In this document: positions 17,892-28,797 of the stretch, in pieces
Position numbering within the stretch: position 1 is the first letter of the stretch
How the letters are laid out: the number at the start of each line of letters is the position of its first letter
DNA from: an uncultured Nitrososphaerota archaeon
GTDB lineage: Archaea; Korarchaeota; Korarchaeia; Korarchaeales; Korarchaeaceae
DNA: 54,465 nt
Reading direction: 5' to 3'
NCBI GenBank assembly: GCA_964618805.1
Contig: CAZUBM010000014.1
Location: forward strand, 1 to 54,465
Position numbers and translations under genes: made by a program
The notes under the pieces: model-generated
Told to the model about the DNA's origin: nothing
The model's input: the letters and a program-made list of their open reading frames with translations, nothing else
The model's database searches: none

Positions 17892-19760
17892 TTATGGTTT
17901 AGGAAGTTTTTCTAGGGCCCAATCAATGTTCAATTCGTACAATTTTTCCTCCTTTGGGACCCCGTTCTCGTCCCAACCCATCATATAGTAATAAAGCTTT
18001 ATTGCCTTTTTTAGTTCTGTTGGATTTAGAGCCGTGTTTGAAAGAGCTCCACTCCTATGAGGCTTGAAGAACCTGTCAGGAAGCCAATCTTCATCGCCCT
18101 TGAAACCTCTCATAACGTTAATCACTCTTGCAAGCGTTGTTGCCCTTTCAGCTGCTTTTAACAGCTCCCAGGCTGTCGTGTTCCAGCCAGTAATAGCTCT
18201 GACTATCTCCACTTTTTGCTCGACATTAAATGGCATGAACAAGCATATTGGTAACAAGTTATTCAGAACTCTGTAATTGACATAATAGTAGAAAGTTCTA
18301 ACCTTCTTAGGACCAAGATCTTCGATAGATGGAATTTCAAGTATACCAAGAGACCTGAGCTCATTCGCTATTCTCTCAGAATTTAGGGCAGTGTCGTGCA
18401 TGTTGTGACAATGGTCAGCACCTGTTGGTGAAACGGCATATCCTAATCCAAGCCCCCTCTTCAACCTTGGCTCGTGCATTGGAACCTCCTGACCCTTAAC
18501 CTGAATTGCAAACTTCTCTGCTCCACGGTCAAGCCTCTCAGCTGCCCTCTTTGAGCCCTCTGCAAGCAAGTCTCCTATACCATCCCTCTTCCCAATCATC
18601 TCGACTAACTTGACCATTGCATCAGCGTTCCCGAATGAGAGTTCGATCCCTCCGGTGTCCTCCTTAGTAATTATCCCCTTCTCAAAGCACTCCATGGCAA
18701 AAGCGATAGTAGCTCCTGTCGATATTGTGTCCATTCCATATGCATTGCACAGCTGATTAGCTTTGCATATGGCTTCAAGCTTGTCAACTCCACAGTTGGA
18801 CCCTAATGAGGCAAGGGCTTCATATTCCGGACCTCCATAAGCAGGATCAACGTTCCAAGGCTCTCCTATTTTTACGACTTTCTTACATGCTACTGGACAG
18901 GAAAAGCAAGTATCCATCCTGATTCCGTACTTCTTCTTTAGTGTTCTAGCATCTATCTCCATGGCATTTGGGAAAGGATCCCCTCTGAAGTTGTTTATCG
19001 GAAGATTACCGGTTTGTAATCCTATGTCCATCATAGCCCCAGTTCCATAGAGATGAAGGTTTCTGACCAGTCTTTCGACATTTTGAGCAAGCCAAGTGGA
19101 TAGTTCCCTTAACTTCTCAGGATTAGCAACGCTTGTTGGCCTAGATCCTCTTACTGCCACAGCTTTCAGCTTCTTAGACCCCATTACAGCTCCCAGACCT
19201 GTTCTTCCAGCAGCTCTGGTTATATCATGCATAACACAGGCGAATCTCACCAATTTCTCTCCAGCCGGGCCTATTTGAGCTATCCTTATCTTCTCATCCT
19301 CAAGCTCCTTCCTTATCGTTTCCTGCGTCTCTTTTGTCTTCATTCCCCACAAGTGGGAGGCATCCATTATCTCAGCCTTTCCATCACGAATCCACAAATA
19401 AACGGGTTTCTCAGAGGCCCCTTTTATCACAATCGCGTCGAAACCAGCCTTTTTTAGCTCTGCTCCCCAATATCCTCCGGCCTCTGCTTCTCCATATCCG
19501 CCTGTTAGGGGTGAAATGCCTCCTACGCTGTGTCTTCCAGCCCCTGGGATCGGATTGCCCGTAACCGCTCCTAATGCAAATATAAGCAAGTTCTCTGGAC
19601 CTAACGGGTCTGTTTTCGGATCAGTTTCCTTTAACAGGTAGTAGGCTATGAAACCCCTTCCACCAATGTAGCGACGGTAAAATTCCTCATCAGGCTCCTC
19701 AATCCATGTTTTACCCTCAGAAAGGTCTACTCTAAGGATTTTCCCGCTATATCCGTACAT
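17892..19760 (-). CDS. aor: Tungsten aldehyde:ferredoxin oxidoreductase family protein
   Basis: GYSGKILRVDLS, IGPAGEKLVRFA, GRTGLGAVMGSKKLKA, CFSCPVAC, GPEYE, GMDTIS. Confidence 0.93.
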   Translation of the reverse strand: MYGYSGKILRVDLSEGKTWIEEPDEEFYRRYIGGRGFIAYYLLKETDPKTDPLGPENLLIFALGAVTGNPIPGAGRHSVGGISPLTGGYGEAEAGGYWGAELKKAGFDAIVIKGASEKPVYLWIRDGKAEIMDASHLWGMKTKETQETIRKELEDEKIRIAQIGPAGEKLVRFACVMHDITRAAGRTGLGAVMGSKKLKAVAVRGSRPTSVANPEKLRELSTWLAQNVERLVRNLHLYGTGAMMDIGLQTGNLPINNFRGDPFPNAMEIDARTLKKKYGIRMDTCFSCPVACKKVVKIGEPWNVDPAYGGPEYEALASLGSNCGVDKLEAICKANQLCNAYGMDTISTGATIAFAMECFEKGIITKEDTGGIELSFGNADAMVKLVEMIGKRDGIGDLLAEGSKRAAERLDRGAEKFAIQVKGQEVPMHEPRLKRGLGLGYAVSPTGADHCHNMHDTALNSERIANELRSLGILEIPSIEDLGPKKVRTFYYYVNYRVLNNLLPICLFMPFNVEQKVEIVRAITGWNTTAWELLKAAERATTLARVINVMRGFKGDEDWLPDRFFKPHRSGALSNTALNPTELKKAIKLYYYMMGWDENGVPKEEKLYELNIDWALEKLPKP

Positions 19761-19898
19761 TTTGTTATCTACTACTCTAATTACTTAAATTCTTAAATGA
19801 TGAGTGGCGCATGAGCTTTTATCAAAAAGGCTACTATTTGATTCTAGTAAAACCAAGGATATTGTAATCTTAAGTTCCTTACTCTAAAAAACATTGAC

Positions 19899-20291
19899 TT
19901 AGCACATCGATGATATTAGAGTACATAGCTTGCACTCCTCTATATCGATCCTATGATCGAACTCCTTATGCAACTTACACATAAGGCCCTTTTTTCTAAC
20001 AGCTCTGCAAACATCGCAGAACTTGATCACAAAATCCCTATACGTCATCTGCTTGGTTGCAAGGGATCTGGCTATATCGTCAACCATGGCTGAAATCTCT
20101 TCCTCTCCCTCTAAGTCTATTGCTCTTCCCCTCAGCTTCCTACTATAAAGGCTTATTGCTGGCTGACTCACTCCAAGGAGGCTTGCAGCTTCGATTTGCT
20201 TTAGCCCGTGATCTTTAACCAATCTCTTGGCGATCATAGCCCTAATAACTGGAAGTACGCATTTTACTGCTACTTCACATGGAACCAGCAG
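19899..20291 (-). CDS. COG2522-type HTH transcriptional regulator
   Basis: HTH GLKQIEAASLLGVSQPAISLY and a C-terminal Cys/His cluster. The conserved N-terminus LVPCEVAVKCVLPVIRAM lies upstream of the track start, implying a CTG start near 20291. Confidence 0.8.
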   Translation of the reverse strand: MLVPCEVAVKCVLPVIRAMIAKRLVKDHGLKQIEAASLLGVSQPAISLYSRKLRGRAIDLEGEEEISAMVDDIARSLATKQMTYRDFVIKFCDVCRAVRKKGLMCKLHKEFDHRIDIEECKLCTLISSMC

Positions 20292-20359
20292 GTATATCCC
20301 CTGGTAGATAATGAAAAAACGATAAATATAACTGTTATTACCATGGTTATAGATGTAAC

Positions 20360-20593
20360 TTGATGAAGTTCACCTGTCCTGGCTTGGATAACTTCGTAAG
20401 ACCTAAACCAGAGTACATACGTTGCCCAAATTGTGGAAGTGAAGTTGAAATATGGACGGATGAGGAAGAGACAGTTTGCGAGAACTGCAGTGCAAAGATA
20501 TCGAGGAAAATGTTGTCATGCCTCGAGTGGTGCAAGTATGCAGATAAGTGTAAGGAGATAATAGCAGAAATTAAGAGAAATAGACTAGGGTAG
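20360..20593 (+). CDS. Small Cys-rich zinc-ribbon protein
   Basis: CPG, CPNCGSEVEIWTDE, CENC, SCLEWCKYADKC. Confidence 0.85.
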   Translation: MMKFTCPGLDNFVRPKPEYIRCPNCGSEVEIWTDEEETVCENCSAKISRKMLSCLEWCKYADKCKEIIAEIKRNRLG

Positions 20594-20733
20594 GCTACAG
20601 CAAACTCTGATAATTGCAGTGATGACAAAGCTTTCTTATCAGCATATGAGAAAGGGTTGTAGAAGATAAAGGAGGAGAAGGGCTTCTTCAACTTTAAGCA
20701 AGGTTATATTTCCGATCACTCTATTACAAATGG

Positions 20734-21627
20734 ATGATAGAGGGCAGAGTCCTTAGAAGGTTCGATCCCTGGCATGGAAGCCTCTGCACATGCCCGATCA
20801 AGTATTCCCTCAGCCCTTACACTGGATGCGGACACTCGTGCCTCTACTGCTATATCAGTGCTTATATAAGGGATCCTTTTAGGCCAAGGCCTAAGAAGGA
20901 TTTCCTAAAAAACCTGAAGAAAGATCTTAAGAGGATTAAGCCTGGATATCTTGTTTCGATAAGCAACAGCTCAGACCCATACACCCCTCCAGAGGAGGAG
21001 TTAGAGCTGAGCAGAGCAGCCATAAAGCTCTTGCTTGATTCTGGCTTAAGGGTTCTGATAGTGACGAAATCAGATCTAGTTGTCAGAGACATAGATGTCC
21101 TTTCAAGGGGTAGCTCAGCTGTTTCCATTACAATTACAACAATGGACGAGGAGGTTGCAAGGAGATTAGAGCCAAGAGCGCCATCTCCGGATAGGAGGAT
21201 GAGAGCCCTTGGAAAGGTATCATCAGCAGGGATTCCAGCAATATTAAGGCTCGATCCAATAATTCCTGGCTTAAATGACTCTGAACAATCAATTTCAGAG
21301 GTTATAAGTGAAGCAAAGGAAGCTGGAGTGCTTCATGTAGTCTCTTCCACCTATAAGGCTAGAGCTGATAGTATAAGGAGAGTGCTGTCGTCTTTTCCCG
21401 AGCTTAATGGGCTAAAAGAGCTTTACAGAAAAGGAGAGAGAGTTGGAGGCTACATGTATCTCCCATATAAATTAAGAAAGGAGATTTTAGAGAGGGTAAG
21501 GGCCTTAGCGAATCAAGCAGGCATGACTTTTGCAACCTGCAGGGAAGGAATGCCTGAGCTAAATTCTAGAGGCGTTTTTTGCGATGGATCTCATCTAACC
21601 TTAAAAGGGACTTTATTGACTTCTTGA
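20734..21627 (+). CDS. Radical SAM protein (COG1533 / SplB-like family)
   Basis: SPYTGCGHSCLYCY, SNSSDPY, IVTKS, RLDPIIPGLND. Confidence 0.9.
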   Translation: MIEGRVLRRFDPWHGSLCTCPIKYSLSPYTGCGHSCLYCYISAYIRDPFRPRPKKDFLKNLKKDLKRIKPGYLVSISNSSDPYTPPEEELELSRAAIKLLLDSGLRVLIVTKSDLVVRDIDVLSRGSSAVSITITTMDEEVARRLEPRAPSPDRRMRALGKVSSAGIPAILRLDPIIPGLNDSEQSISEVISEAKEAGVLHVVSSTYKARADSIRRVLSSFPELNGLKELYRKGERVGGYMYLPYKLRKEILERVRALANQAGMTFATCREGMPELNSRGVFCDGSHLTLKGTLLTS

Positions 21628-21675
21628 AATTGGGCTCTCAGGAAGTTTTTAGGGCTGGTTGAAGAGGGATGAGTA

Positions 21676-22190
21676 ATGAAAGTTATAGAAGAGAGAACGA
21701 TATATTCTGGCAAGATATTCGATTTGAAGGTTCATAAACTCGAGATAGCTTCTGGCAAAGTGATTAGGAGGGAATTCGTCGATCATCCAGGGGCTGTTGC
21801 AATAATTGCTATTGATAGGGAAAAATACTCTTGGTCAAGCAGTACAGGCATCCAACCAGAGGATGGTTGGTTGAAGTGCCAGCTGGCACCCTTGAGGATG
21901 GCGAAAATCCGGAACATTGCGCTAAAAGAGAACTGGAAGAGGAAACAGGTTACAGAGCTGAGAGCGTTAAGGAGGTCTTCAGCGCTTACGTCGCTCCTGG
22001 ATACAGTAGCGAGTTCATTCATTTCTTTTTAGCAGAAGGTCTTCAGAGGGGGTCTCTTTCCCCTGAGGAGGACGAGATAACTCAGGTTATTTGGTTAGAT
22101 CTGCCTGAAGCCCTAAAAATGGTAGTTGAAGGGGAAATTAGAGATCTTAAAACAATTTCAGCCATCCTTTGGGTTTCTAAGTTTAAGTAG
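21676..22190 (+). pseudogene. NUDIX hydrolase (ADP-ribose pyrophosphatase-like), frameshifted
   Basis: HPGAVAI lies in one frame; LVKQYR and the Nudix box GTLEDGENPEHCAKRELEEETG lie in the next. One extra A in the A5 run at 21821-21825 restores 171 aa; this may be a sequencing error. Confidence 0.85.
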
Positions 22191-22268
22191 CCCTTTAGCT
22201 AGCAGAATTGAAGCTCCAATCCCTTAGTCGAAAGGTTCTATCAGAACTTATCATAGAATGAGATAGGC

Positions 22269-23060
22269 TTAGATCATGTCCATGTAATACAGGAGGTTTG
22301 TGAAGTACTCGAATGCCTCCCTTGCCGCGTGTTCTGCAACATTATGATATGGATCGAGTTCAACTGTTAGAAAATCGTCGTATCCCGAGTATTCTAGAAC
22401 CTTCAAGGCAGAAGCGAAGTCGATCTCGCCCTTTCCTGGCATAAGATGGAAGTGCCTTCTGTCAACCTGATCCGAAACATGTACGCTTGCAATCCTGTCT
22501 TGAAACATCCTACTTACCTTTGGTAGGCTTTCTCTAAATGCATGAATGTGATTAAGGTCTATTATGACCCACAACTCTGGGAACTCCTCAATAACCCTCT
22601 TGACATCCTTGCTATAAGAAGATAGGACGCAAGGCGCCGGAGCTTGGTCAAACTTTGGCTCAGGTTCTATTGCTAAAGAAATCCCTCTCTCCCTAGCATA
22701 CTCAAGTAGCTTAGCGAATGTCAAAATAGTCTCGTCCCACATGGGCCCCAAATCGTTTCTAGATCTTATGGGAAGACCTGGACCTATGTTAACGAATCGA
22801 GCTCCTATACGAGAAGCCATTTCTATCCTCTTTTTAGTAAAGTTTGGATCTGTGTAAGGATTTCCGCCTTGAACGCAGAAGACCTCTAAGTCTAGGGAGG
22901 AAGCCATGTCAAATATCTCATCTCCCTTCCCTTTGCTGATGTTGTGAAAGCGAGATATCTCTACTCCCTTATATCCTATCTCTGAGATCAGTTCCATTGC
23001 TGCATTCAAACTAAGATCCATAAAAAGACCAGTGTTTATGCCTATTTTCAAATGAACCAC
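22269..23060 (-). CDS. Sugar phosphate isomerase/epimerase (AP_endonuc_2 TIM barrel)
   Basis: LAIEP, IIDLNH, VHVSD, HLMPGKGEIDF, LTVEL. Confidence 0.88.
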   Translation of the reverse strand: MVHLKIGINTGLFMDLSLNAAMELISEIGYKGVEISRFHNISKGKGDEIFDMASSLDLEVFCVQGGNPYTDPNFTKKRIEMASRIGARFVNIGPGLPIRSRNDLGPMWDETILTFAKLLEYARERGISLAIEPEPKFDQAPAPCVLSSYSKDVKRVIEEFPELWVIIDLNHIHAFRESLPKVSRMFQDRIASVHVSDQVDRRHFHLMPGKGEIDFASALKVLEYSGYDDFLTVELDPYHNVAEHAAREAFEYFTNLLYYMDMI

Positions 23061-23146
23061 ACTCCAAAGTCTTGCAAATGATCCCTTGAAGATCTAAAAA
23101 TTTTCATCATTTATAGGCTCAAAAAGCTTGTTTTATCCCTGAAAGA

Positions 23147-24055
23147 TCATCCCGAAATCATCAGGCTTGCTAGCTCCTTTAAATCAGAGACCTCCACAAC
23201 CTTTATGTCGTAACCGTTTTCTTTAAGATATTGTTCCAAAGAAACTACCCTCTCCTCATACCTTGTTATGTAAAATCCTGGAGCTATTTTCTTAGTTATT
23301 GGAATCATAATTATGACCCTTGATTGTCCTGGAGGGACCGCAAATATCTTCGCTCCCATTTCTGCTGCTGCACGGGCTTTTTCAGGCACCCCACCCACCC
23401 TTCCTATGGTCCCATCTGGATAAATTACCCCAGTAGCCATGACATCCGATCTAACTTTCTTCCCATTTACTGCAGCCAAAATAGCTATAGCCAAGGGAGC
23501 CCCTGCGCTTGGACCATCAACTATTTCTACCTCTTCCTGAGCCCTGATTGTTACGAAGACATCAAATCCTTTCAACGACTCGCCGGTTAGGGATTCAACA
23601 GCCGAGATTGCGTTGTTTAAACTACTCTGAAGATCAATTCCTATGTAAGGAGTAGTTTTTACATAAACCCCCCCTTCTCCGGGCCTTATCTCCACCTCTG
23701 CCTCCATCACAACCCCTTCCATCTTCTGATCCCACCAAGGTCCTATGGTCCGCACTGCAACAACTGAGACAGTAGCATTTCCAACAACGGCTCCCACTCC
23801 CTCATAATTTGCTGAAATAGATTTCTCCAACATTTTCCTGTAGTAGGATATTTGAGAGGATAGCATTCTAAGCGAGTTGTTTAATTGAGCAACCTGTTGA
23901 GAAAGAGCTTTGTTCTCCTCGCTTAGATCATTTATCCAGCTCATTAGCTTAGTGTTTGTCCTATACGCGTCTATATAAAGGGTTATCAGTACACCATTTG
24001 CCGCCAAACTTGCTATTAGGAGAAGCGCAATTCCCTTGCCTCTCATTTTGATCAA
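23147..24055 (-). CDS. Archaeal Lon-like serine protease (COG1750), membrane anchored
   Basis: TM plus coiled coil, VDGPSAG (catalytic Ser), IGRVGGVPEKARAA (catalytic Lys); no AAA domain. Confidence 0.88.
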   Translation of the reverse strand: MIKMRGKGIALLLIASLAANGVLITLYIDAYRTNTKLMSWINDLSEENKALSQQVAQLNNSLRMLSSQISYYRKMLEKSISANYEGVGAVVGNATVSVVAVRTIGPWWDQKMEGVVMEAEVEIRPGEGGVYVKTTPYIGIDLQSSLNNAISAVESLTGESLKGFDVFVTIRAQEEVEIVDGPSAGAPLAIAILAAVNGKKVRSDVMATGVIYPDGTIGRVGGVPEKARAAAEMGAKIFAVPPGQSRVIIMIPITKKIAPGFYITRYEERVVSLEQYLKENGYDIKVVEVSDLKELASLMISG

Positions 24056-24135
24056 TTCTAATTCCCAGAAGGGTGTAAAATCTTTACTATATACTATAGG
24101 AATCCCTTAATAGCATCCGACGGAGGGCATCTGAA

Positions 24136-24624
24136 ATGCTTAAATGGATAAGAAAAGGAGAAATAGCATGCTCTTCGATGCCTAACAATGAAAAAGACCT
24201 TCTTCGTTGGTTAAATGCTGGAATAAGGGCAGTAGTTGTCCTGATTGAGGACCACGAGCTCACTTTCACCTGGAAGTCAATAAGTCAATATTTAGATGAG
24301 CTCAGGGAGCTGGGTTTTGAAGTCTATCACTCTCCTATTAGAGATTTTAGCGCACCTAGCCTTGATCAGTGTCTAAAAATCCTTTCTTGGATTTCGAAGA
24401 GAGTTTCTGAAGGTAAGCCTGTGCTAATCCACTGCAGGGGAGGAATAGGTAGAAGCGGAACCATAGCTGCATGCTATCTCATCTATAGGCACAGTTTGAC
24501 GCCTGATGATGCTCTATTATATGTAAGAAAGAGGATTCCCTATGCTGCGGAGGCTCCTCCTCAAGAAACCCTAGTTAAAAGGCTTTATGACTTCCTCAAA
24601 CACCAAAAGGCGATGGATCCTTAG
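24136..24624 (+). CDS. Dual-specificity/tyrosine protein phosphatase
   Basis: HCRGGIGRSG signature and PIRDF acid loop. Confidence 0.92.
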   Translation: MLKWIRKGEIACSSMPNNEKDLLRWLNAGIRAVVVLIEDHELTFTWKSISQYLDELRELGFEVYHSPIRDFSAPSLDQCLKILSWISKRVSEGKPVLIHCRGGIGRSGTIAACYLIYRHSLTPDDALLYVRKRIPYAAEAPPQETLVKRLYDFLKHQKAMDP

Positions 24625-24626
24625 AT

Positions 24627-25886
24627 TTAGGTCCCAGCCCTCCAGCTCTTAAGGTACTCTTCCTGTTCCCTTGTAAGCTGATCTATCCTAATTCCCAGTG
24701 ATTCCAGCTTTATCTCGGCTACCCTCCTATCTATCTCCTCAGGGAGCTTGTAGACTCTTGGTTCCATTTCTTCATAATGTTCCTTTATGTACTTCGCAGC
24801 TAGGGCCTGCAGGGCGAAGCTCATATCCATTATCTCGGCAGGATGACCATCAGCAGCTGCTAAGTTAACGAGCCTTCCTTCTGCGAGCAGATATATCCTC
24901 CTTCCATCTGACATCAGGTACTCAGTGACGTTTTCCTTAGGCTCCCTTACCTCCTTCGCTAGCGACTCCAGGTCGGGTTTGCTTATCTCAACATCGAAGT
25001 GACCTGCATTTGCGAGTATGGCGCCATCCTTCATGAGCTTGAAGTGTTCTCCTCTAATTACGTTTATGTTTCCGGTGGCTGTGATGAATATATCCCCAAT
25101 CTTTGCTGCCTCAAGCATCGACATAACCCTGAAACCATCCATTCTAGCCTCCAGAGCTCTTATCGGATCTACCTCTGTCACTATTACGTTTGCTCCTAGG
25201 CCCTTGGCTCTTATAGCTAAGCCCCTTCCCACCCAGCCATATCCTACTATGACCACATTCTTCCCTGCTATGAGAAGGTTTGTAGCCCTCATTATTCCAT
25301 CAAAGGCAGATTGTCCCGTCCCATACCTGTTATCAAACAGGTACTTGCACTTCGAGTCATTTACCGCTATCATCGGGAACTTTAGAATTCCCTCCTCCTC
25401 CATGGCCTTGAGCCTGATCACCCCGCTTGTTGTCTCCTCGCTTCCGCCAATTATGTTTGGAATGAGTTCTTTCCTCTCTTTGTGCACTAATGCCGTTAGA
25501 TCTGCTCCATCATCTAGTATTACATTCGGTCCTATATCTAGAGCTCTGTGTAGGTTCTCATAGTACTCTTCCCTTGTCATCCCATGCCAAGAGTAGACCC
25601 TAATCCCCTCCTTAGCAAGGGCTGCGCATACATCGTCTTTCGTTGATAAGGGATTGCTTCCAGCCAATGAGACTTCGGCGCCACTTGATTTCAAAACCAA
25701 AGCTAAATATGCAGTTTTCATCTCCAAATGAAGGCAGCACGCTATCTTTAATCCCCTTAAGGGTTTTTTCTCCCTGAATTCTTTTTCTATGCTGTTAAGT
25801 ACTGGCATGAACCTAGAAACCCAATCTATCCTCCTCTTTCCCTCAGGAGCAAGGGATATATCCTTAACCTTGAACATGCTCACCAT
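24627..25886 (-). CDS. ahcY: Adenosylhomocysteinase
   Basis: [47 protein letters not shown]. Start probably at 25886 or 25877. Confidence 0.97.
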   Translation of the reverse strand: MVSMFKVKDISLAPEGKRRIDWVSRFMPVLNSIEKEFREKKPLRGLKIACCLHLEMKTAYLALVLKSSGAEVSLAGSNPLSTKDDVCAALAKEGIRVYSWHGMTREEYYENLHRALDIGPNVILDDGADLTALVHKERKELIPNIIGGSEETTSGVIRLKAMEEEGILKFPMIAVNDSKCKYLFDNRYGTGQSAFDGIMRATNLLIAGKNVVIVGYGWVGRGLAIRAKGLGANVIVTEVDPIRALEARMDGFRVMSMLEAAKIGDIFITATGNINVIRGEHFKLMKDGAILANAGHFDVEISKPDLESLAKEVREPKENVTEYLMSDGRRIYLLAEGRLVNLAAADGHPAEIMDMSFALQALAAKYIKEHYEEMEPRVYKLPEEIDRRVAEIKLESLGIRIDQLTREQEEYLKSWRAGT

Positions 25887-25966
25887 ATGAAATGAGCACA
25901 CAGACAATTTTTCGTTTTCTAAAGGCCAAGTGAATGAAAGTTGAAAAAGCAAAATAAAGCGGAAAT

Positions 25967-26120
25967 ATGGAGAACAAAGATCTTATGGCTATATGCGGGC
26001 TCCAATGTAAAATTTGCGCAATATATTTGGACATATAAAGATCGAAAAGCTTTAGCAAGAATTGGCAGAAAAGTATGGATGTCCCAAAAAGAAGCCAGAT
26101 GCGAAGGCTATTAAGCATTA
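25967..26120 (+). pseudogene. DUF3795-like Cys-rich protein remnant
   Basis: [20 protein letters not shown], then a stop, then degenerate LAEKYGCP and ARCEG segments. Confidence 0.55.
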
Positions 26121-26849
26121 GATGTTTTATAAATGGAATCATGAGGAAGAACAGTAAGTTTGCTTGAAAAATCGATGGAAAACAAGGTAAAAATGAGGTT
26201 CCTTGTCCTCTTTAGAAAAATTTAATGAGGAAATGAAGTTAAAATAGTTCTAAAATAATGATATAGGTCCTTACTGAATTCTCATTTTACCATCTGAGTT
26301 TCTATCTTATAGAATTTCTAGCTCGACCCTTTAGGCATGAGATTTGGTTTAATTTTTTGAAAACAATCCAAGGTAATTATGTCAAAAAGATGTTCCATGG
26401 AATTCCACAATTTTCAAAAAAATTCCGCGGTGTTCTAAAAATATATCAGACTCCCTATAATTAGCGTGAGGGCTGAGGGATTGGTTGAGGAAATGAATAT
26501 GATGCCCTTTCCAGAGATCGTCTTTGCTTTCATTCACAGGATAACACTTGAAAGAAGGTTCAAGACACTTCTTAGAGTAGAAGAAACGATGAAATTTAGG
26601 GGCATACGTTTTTTAGGGGGCGCTGGGACCAACCCTAAGGAGGCTGATAGTAAAAATCGTCTATCCATCCTTGCAAACGTCTTAGAGAAGCTTAGTTTTC
26701 ATCGTTCGATAGGGTAGAAGTGTGCAAATGCTCATTTTATCCCTCGGCCCGATGACCTCCCCCCTCCTTTTTTCTTTTCTCTTTTTTATTCTTTGGACCA
26801 ATGTAATAGATTTTCTTTCTGGAAAGCATGAGAAAAAGGTTTAACGTCC

Positions 26850-28022
26850 TTAAGGTGAGAAAACATATCGTATGTCGATTATGAAGACTTGAGGGTCGGG
26901 ACACCTCCCTAAACATCCGCAATAGCTGAAATATGGAAAAGGATCCTTTTTAGTATGGGTTGGTATGTAGCTTGCATATATGAAGTAGATTTCATCATTT
27001 AGAGGTAATTTAGAGAAGCTTAGGTTGCAGTTTCCCATCCAGAGGGTGTTGATCACCCCGCACCCGCCTTTACATTTTTCTGGATTTTTTGCAGGCTCAC
27101 ATCCTGGGAAATTTATTAAGCCATTTGTTTTGCCCATTTCTCCATAGAAGTACATCTCCCTCATGTAGTGGATGTCACAAGCCGCCAGTTCAGAAGGACC
27201 TCTATCTCTGCAACCTGATAAAATGCCAGTTGAACAAGCTCTCCAAAACCACCACTTGTAATTGAACCTGTGGTTGAAGACACAGATCCAGCCGTGGTAG
27301 ATCCTATCCCTGACCCAGTTTCCCTCTCCATATCCTTCGGTAACGACTCCAGAGACATCTTTACCCTCAAATATTGCTTTGGAAGAGTTCAAAAGGAAGA
27401 TTAATTGCTCCTCGTCCAACGAAGGAGGAGCCTTTACGAACTTCGCCCTTCCCTCGGATGGTTTGATCCATACTGAGATGTTTCTGCTTTCAAAAACGCC
27501 TATGAGCTCCAATGCTTTTGCTTCATCTCCTTTATCAACGATGCAAAATATCTTGGAAGGAACCGAATATCTTTCAATTTCTTCCGCCAGCATCGTGACA
27601 TAACATGGGCAGACATCGCTCAAGATGTTCCAAACTACCTCCATTTGATAGCCCTTTTCCCACAACCTCTCAACGTTTGTCATGAGTTCCTTTATCTCAT
27701 CCTTGGTGTAAATTGCAGGAGGTATTCCGATGACTATGGCCTCAGGTTCATATCCCCTTGTCTCCTTGAACCTCCTTATCTCAGTCTTTATTTCCTCCTC
27801 TTTTGGAAGAAGCGCGAGGAATACTTCCTTAAGCTCTGATGGAAAGGGTGGGGTTTGAATGGAGTAATTTTCCTCGGGATAAGTTTTGGTTCGGCCTTTC
27901 TCAGGAGAATGAGGGAAATCATTATGTCCTAAGGATAAAATGGAATAAGCTATAAGTCCGAGTAGCAGGATCAGAAAGAGCAAGGTTGTTAGGGACTTTC
28001 CTCTTATCAAGGTACATCTCAT
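26850..28022 (-). CDS. Hypothetical membrane-anchored/secreted protein with Cys-rich C-terminal half
   Basis: 390 aa ORF with an N-terminal hydrophobic anchor and host-like codon usage; no family recognised. Confidence 0.7.
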   Translation of the reverse strand: MRCTLIRGKSLTTLLFLILLLGLIAYSILSLGHNDFPHSPEKGRTKTYPEENYSIQTPPFPSELKEVFLALLPKEEEIKTEIRRFKETRGYEPEAIVIGIPPAIYTKDEIKELMTNVERLWEKGYQMEVVWNILSDVCPCYVTMLAEEIERYSVPSKIFCIVDKGDEAKALELIGVFESRNISVWIKPSEGRAKFVKAPPSLDEEQLIFLLNSSKAIFEGKDVSGVVTEGYGEGNWVRDRIYHGWICVFNHRFNYKWWFWRACSTGILSGCRDRGPSELAACDIHYMREMYFYGEMGKTNGLINFPGCEPAKNPEKCKGGCGVINTLWMGNCNLSFSKLPLNDEIYFIYASYIPTHTKKDPFPYFSYCGCLGRCPDPQVFIIDIRYVFSP

Positions 28023-28124
28023 TAGGATGTTCCTAGAATAAATGAGTTACGGAATTACTTGCCTATTTTAGACTAAAATGAATCCAAAACGTTCTAAGGT
28101 TCTGTTGTTGCGAATTAAGGGGGT

Positions 28125-28355
28125 GTGATGAAAAATAGCTTGGTCCTTGAACTTGCGAAGCACAGAAAAACCGTTAGAACATTCTCAAAAAGTTCAGTGG
28201 ACTTAAAAGAAGTTCTTTTAGCGTTAGAAGCTGCCTGTCAAGCCCCTTCAGGTGGAAATTCTCAGCCGTGGAGGTTTGTAATAGTTAAGGATCCTAAAAG
28301 CAATAAGAGGATAAGGGAGAAATGTGGAAAAGCGGAGAAAGAGTTTAATTTCAAG
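28125..28355 (+). pseudogene. Nitroreductase family 5' remnant
   Basis: RKTVRTF and [17 protein letters not shown]; truncated after about 75 codons. Confidence 0.8.
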
Positions 28356-28797
28356 GGCAAAGAGGGTGTCCCCAGCTATCAACAACCTCTTTTCCTTGAG
28401 AAATAGGCAGATGTTTCCAGATGTATGACCTGGAACATGGATCACACTTGTTCCTTCACAATATGGTAGGGTCTGCCCATCTTTAAGCACTACTTCAAAT
28501 GACGCTCCCGTAATTTCTTCAATGGCAGTTGCATCCCCTAAGGGGATGCAACTCGGAAGCCACACTCTTTCCCTAGTCTAGAAAGCCCTCCTATGTGGTC
28601 TCTGTGGCGATGAGTTATCAAGTAAATTTCAACATCCTTTGGGTTTTTGTTGAGGTTCTTTATGTGGTTAAGTATGGTTTCAGCATCTTCTTCGGATCCT
28701 CCAGTATCTACTAGGGCGAGAGCTTCGCTGCAAGTAAGAAAAATGCTTTCACGCGGGTGAGGGGGATTGGATGTACGTCCTCAAATGTTGCTGGCAT
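28355..28797 (-). pseudogene. MBL-fold metallo-hydrolase pseudogene
   Basis: [23 protein letters not shown] and LIAGD occur across frameshifts; the 3' end is lost. Confidence 0.8.

Noticed and set aside
19797-19850. ATGATGA box-C-like motif upstream of aor
   Set aside because: No box D at a suitable distance.
26466-26717. 83-aa plus-strand ORF
   Set aside because: No recognisable motif; it lies in a decayed AT-rich region and cannot be supported as a gene.
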